Positions 47,732-47,755 of a stretch of DNA of 47,755 nucleotides are shown here, piece after piece (position 1 is the first letter of the stretch; the number at the start of each line of letters is the position of its first letter). The stretch is from positions 389,771 to 437,525 of the forward strand of contig QPGO01000066.1 in NCBI GenBank assembly GCA_008632985.1, read 5' to 3'. The notes beneath the pieces were generated by a model that was given only the letters and a program-made list of their open reading frames with translations, ran no database searches and was not told where the DNA came from. Position numbers and translations under genes: made by a program. This DNA comes from Psammoneis japonica (lineage: Eukaryota).

Positions 47732-47755
47732 CAAGACGAGTGACATTCGGAGGGA

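Noticed and set aside
1..47755. CpG methylation decay or classical RIP as the sole cause of the TG/CA excess
   Set aside because: C->T changes cannot produce Tyr->Cys/His, TTAGGG->TTGGGG/TCAGGG or loss of TA from MITE copies, and RIP would increase TpA. CpG decay does contribute as a second process.
1..47755. Alternative genetic code or unusual codon usage
   Set aside because: The intact gene uses TAT/TAC Tyr codons and a TAA stop normally, and the bias also covers non-coding repeats.

Overview
Repeat-dense eukaryotic window, most likely from a pennate diatom (inferred from CoDi-type Ty1/copia elements, CTCAC branch points and an RXL-type pro-peptide). It holds one intact three-exon gene (30152-36589) for a ~1,880-aa secreted protein with Cys-rich repeats, 12-13 Bacteroidetes-like HYR-type repeats and a bacterial-like C-terminal domain. 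Around it lie decayed transposons: a full-length copia (12176-19698, 278-bp LTRs, CAGAT target duplication), a 3'-truncated copia, gypsy, LINE and Plavaka/CACTA-like fragments, two pseudogenised HYR-repeat paralogues, and eight insertions of a GACGTGTTCCAG-ended MITE family with 4-bp TSDs (four nested inside one another). The main signal is a repeat-targeted hypermutation that removes TpA (TA->TG or CA) from almost everything except the gene island (~29.6-36.9 kb) and the youngest MITE. Conserved Tyr codons become Cys/His, TAA/TAG stops vanish, MITE copies form an age series, and an apparent (TTAGGG)n tract has every unit changed to TTGGGG or TCAGGG. This resembles fungal RIP in effect but has the opposite chemistry (A:T->G:C at TpA), and I know of no described pathway for it.
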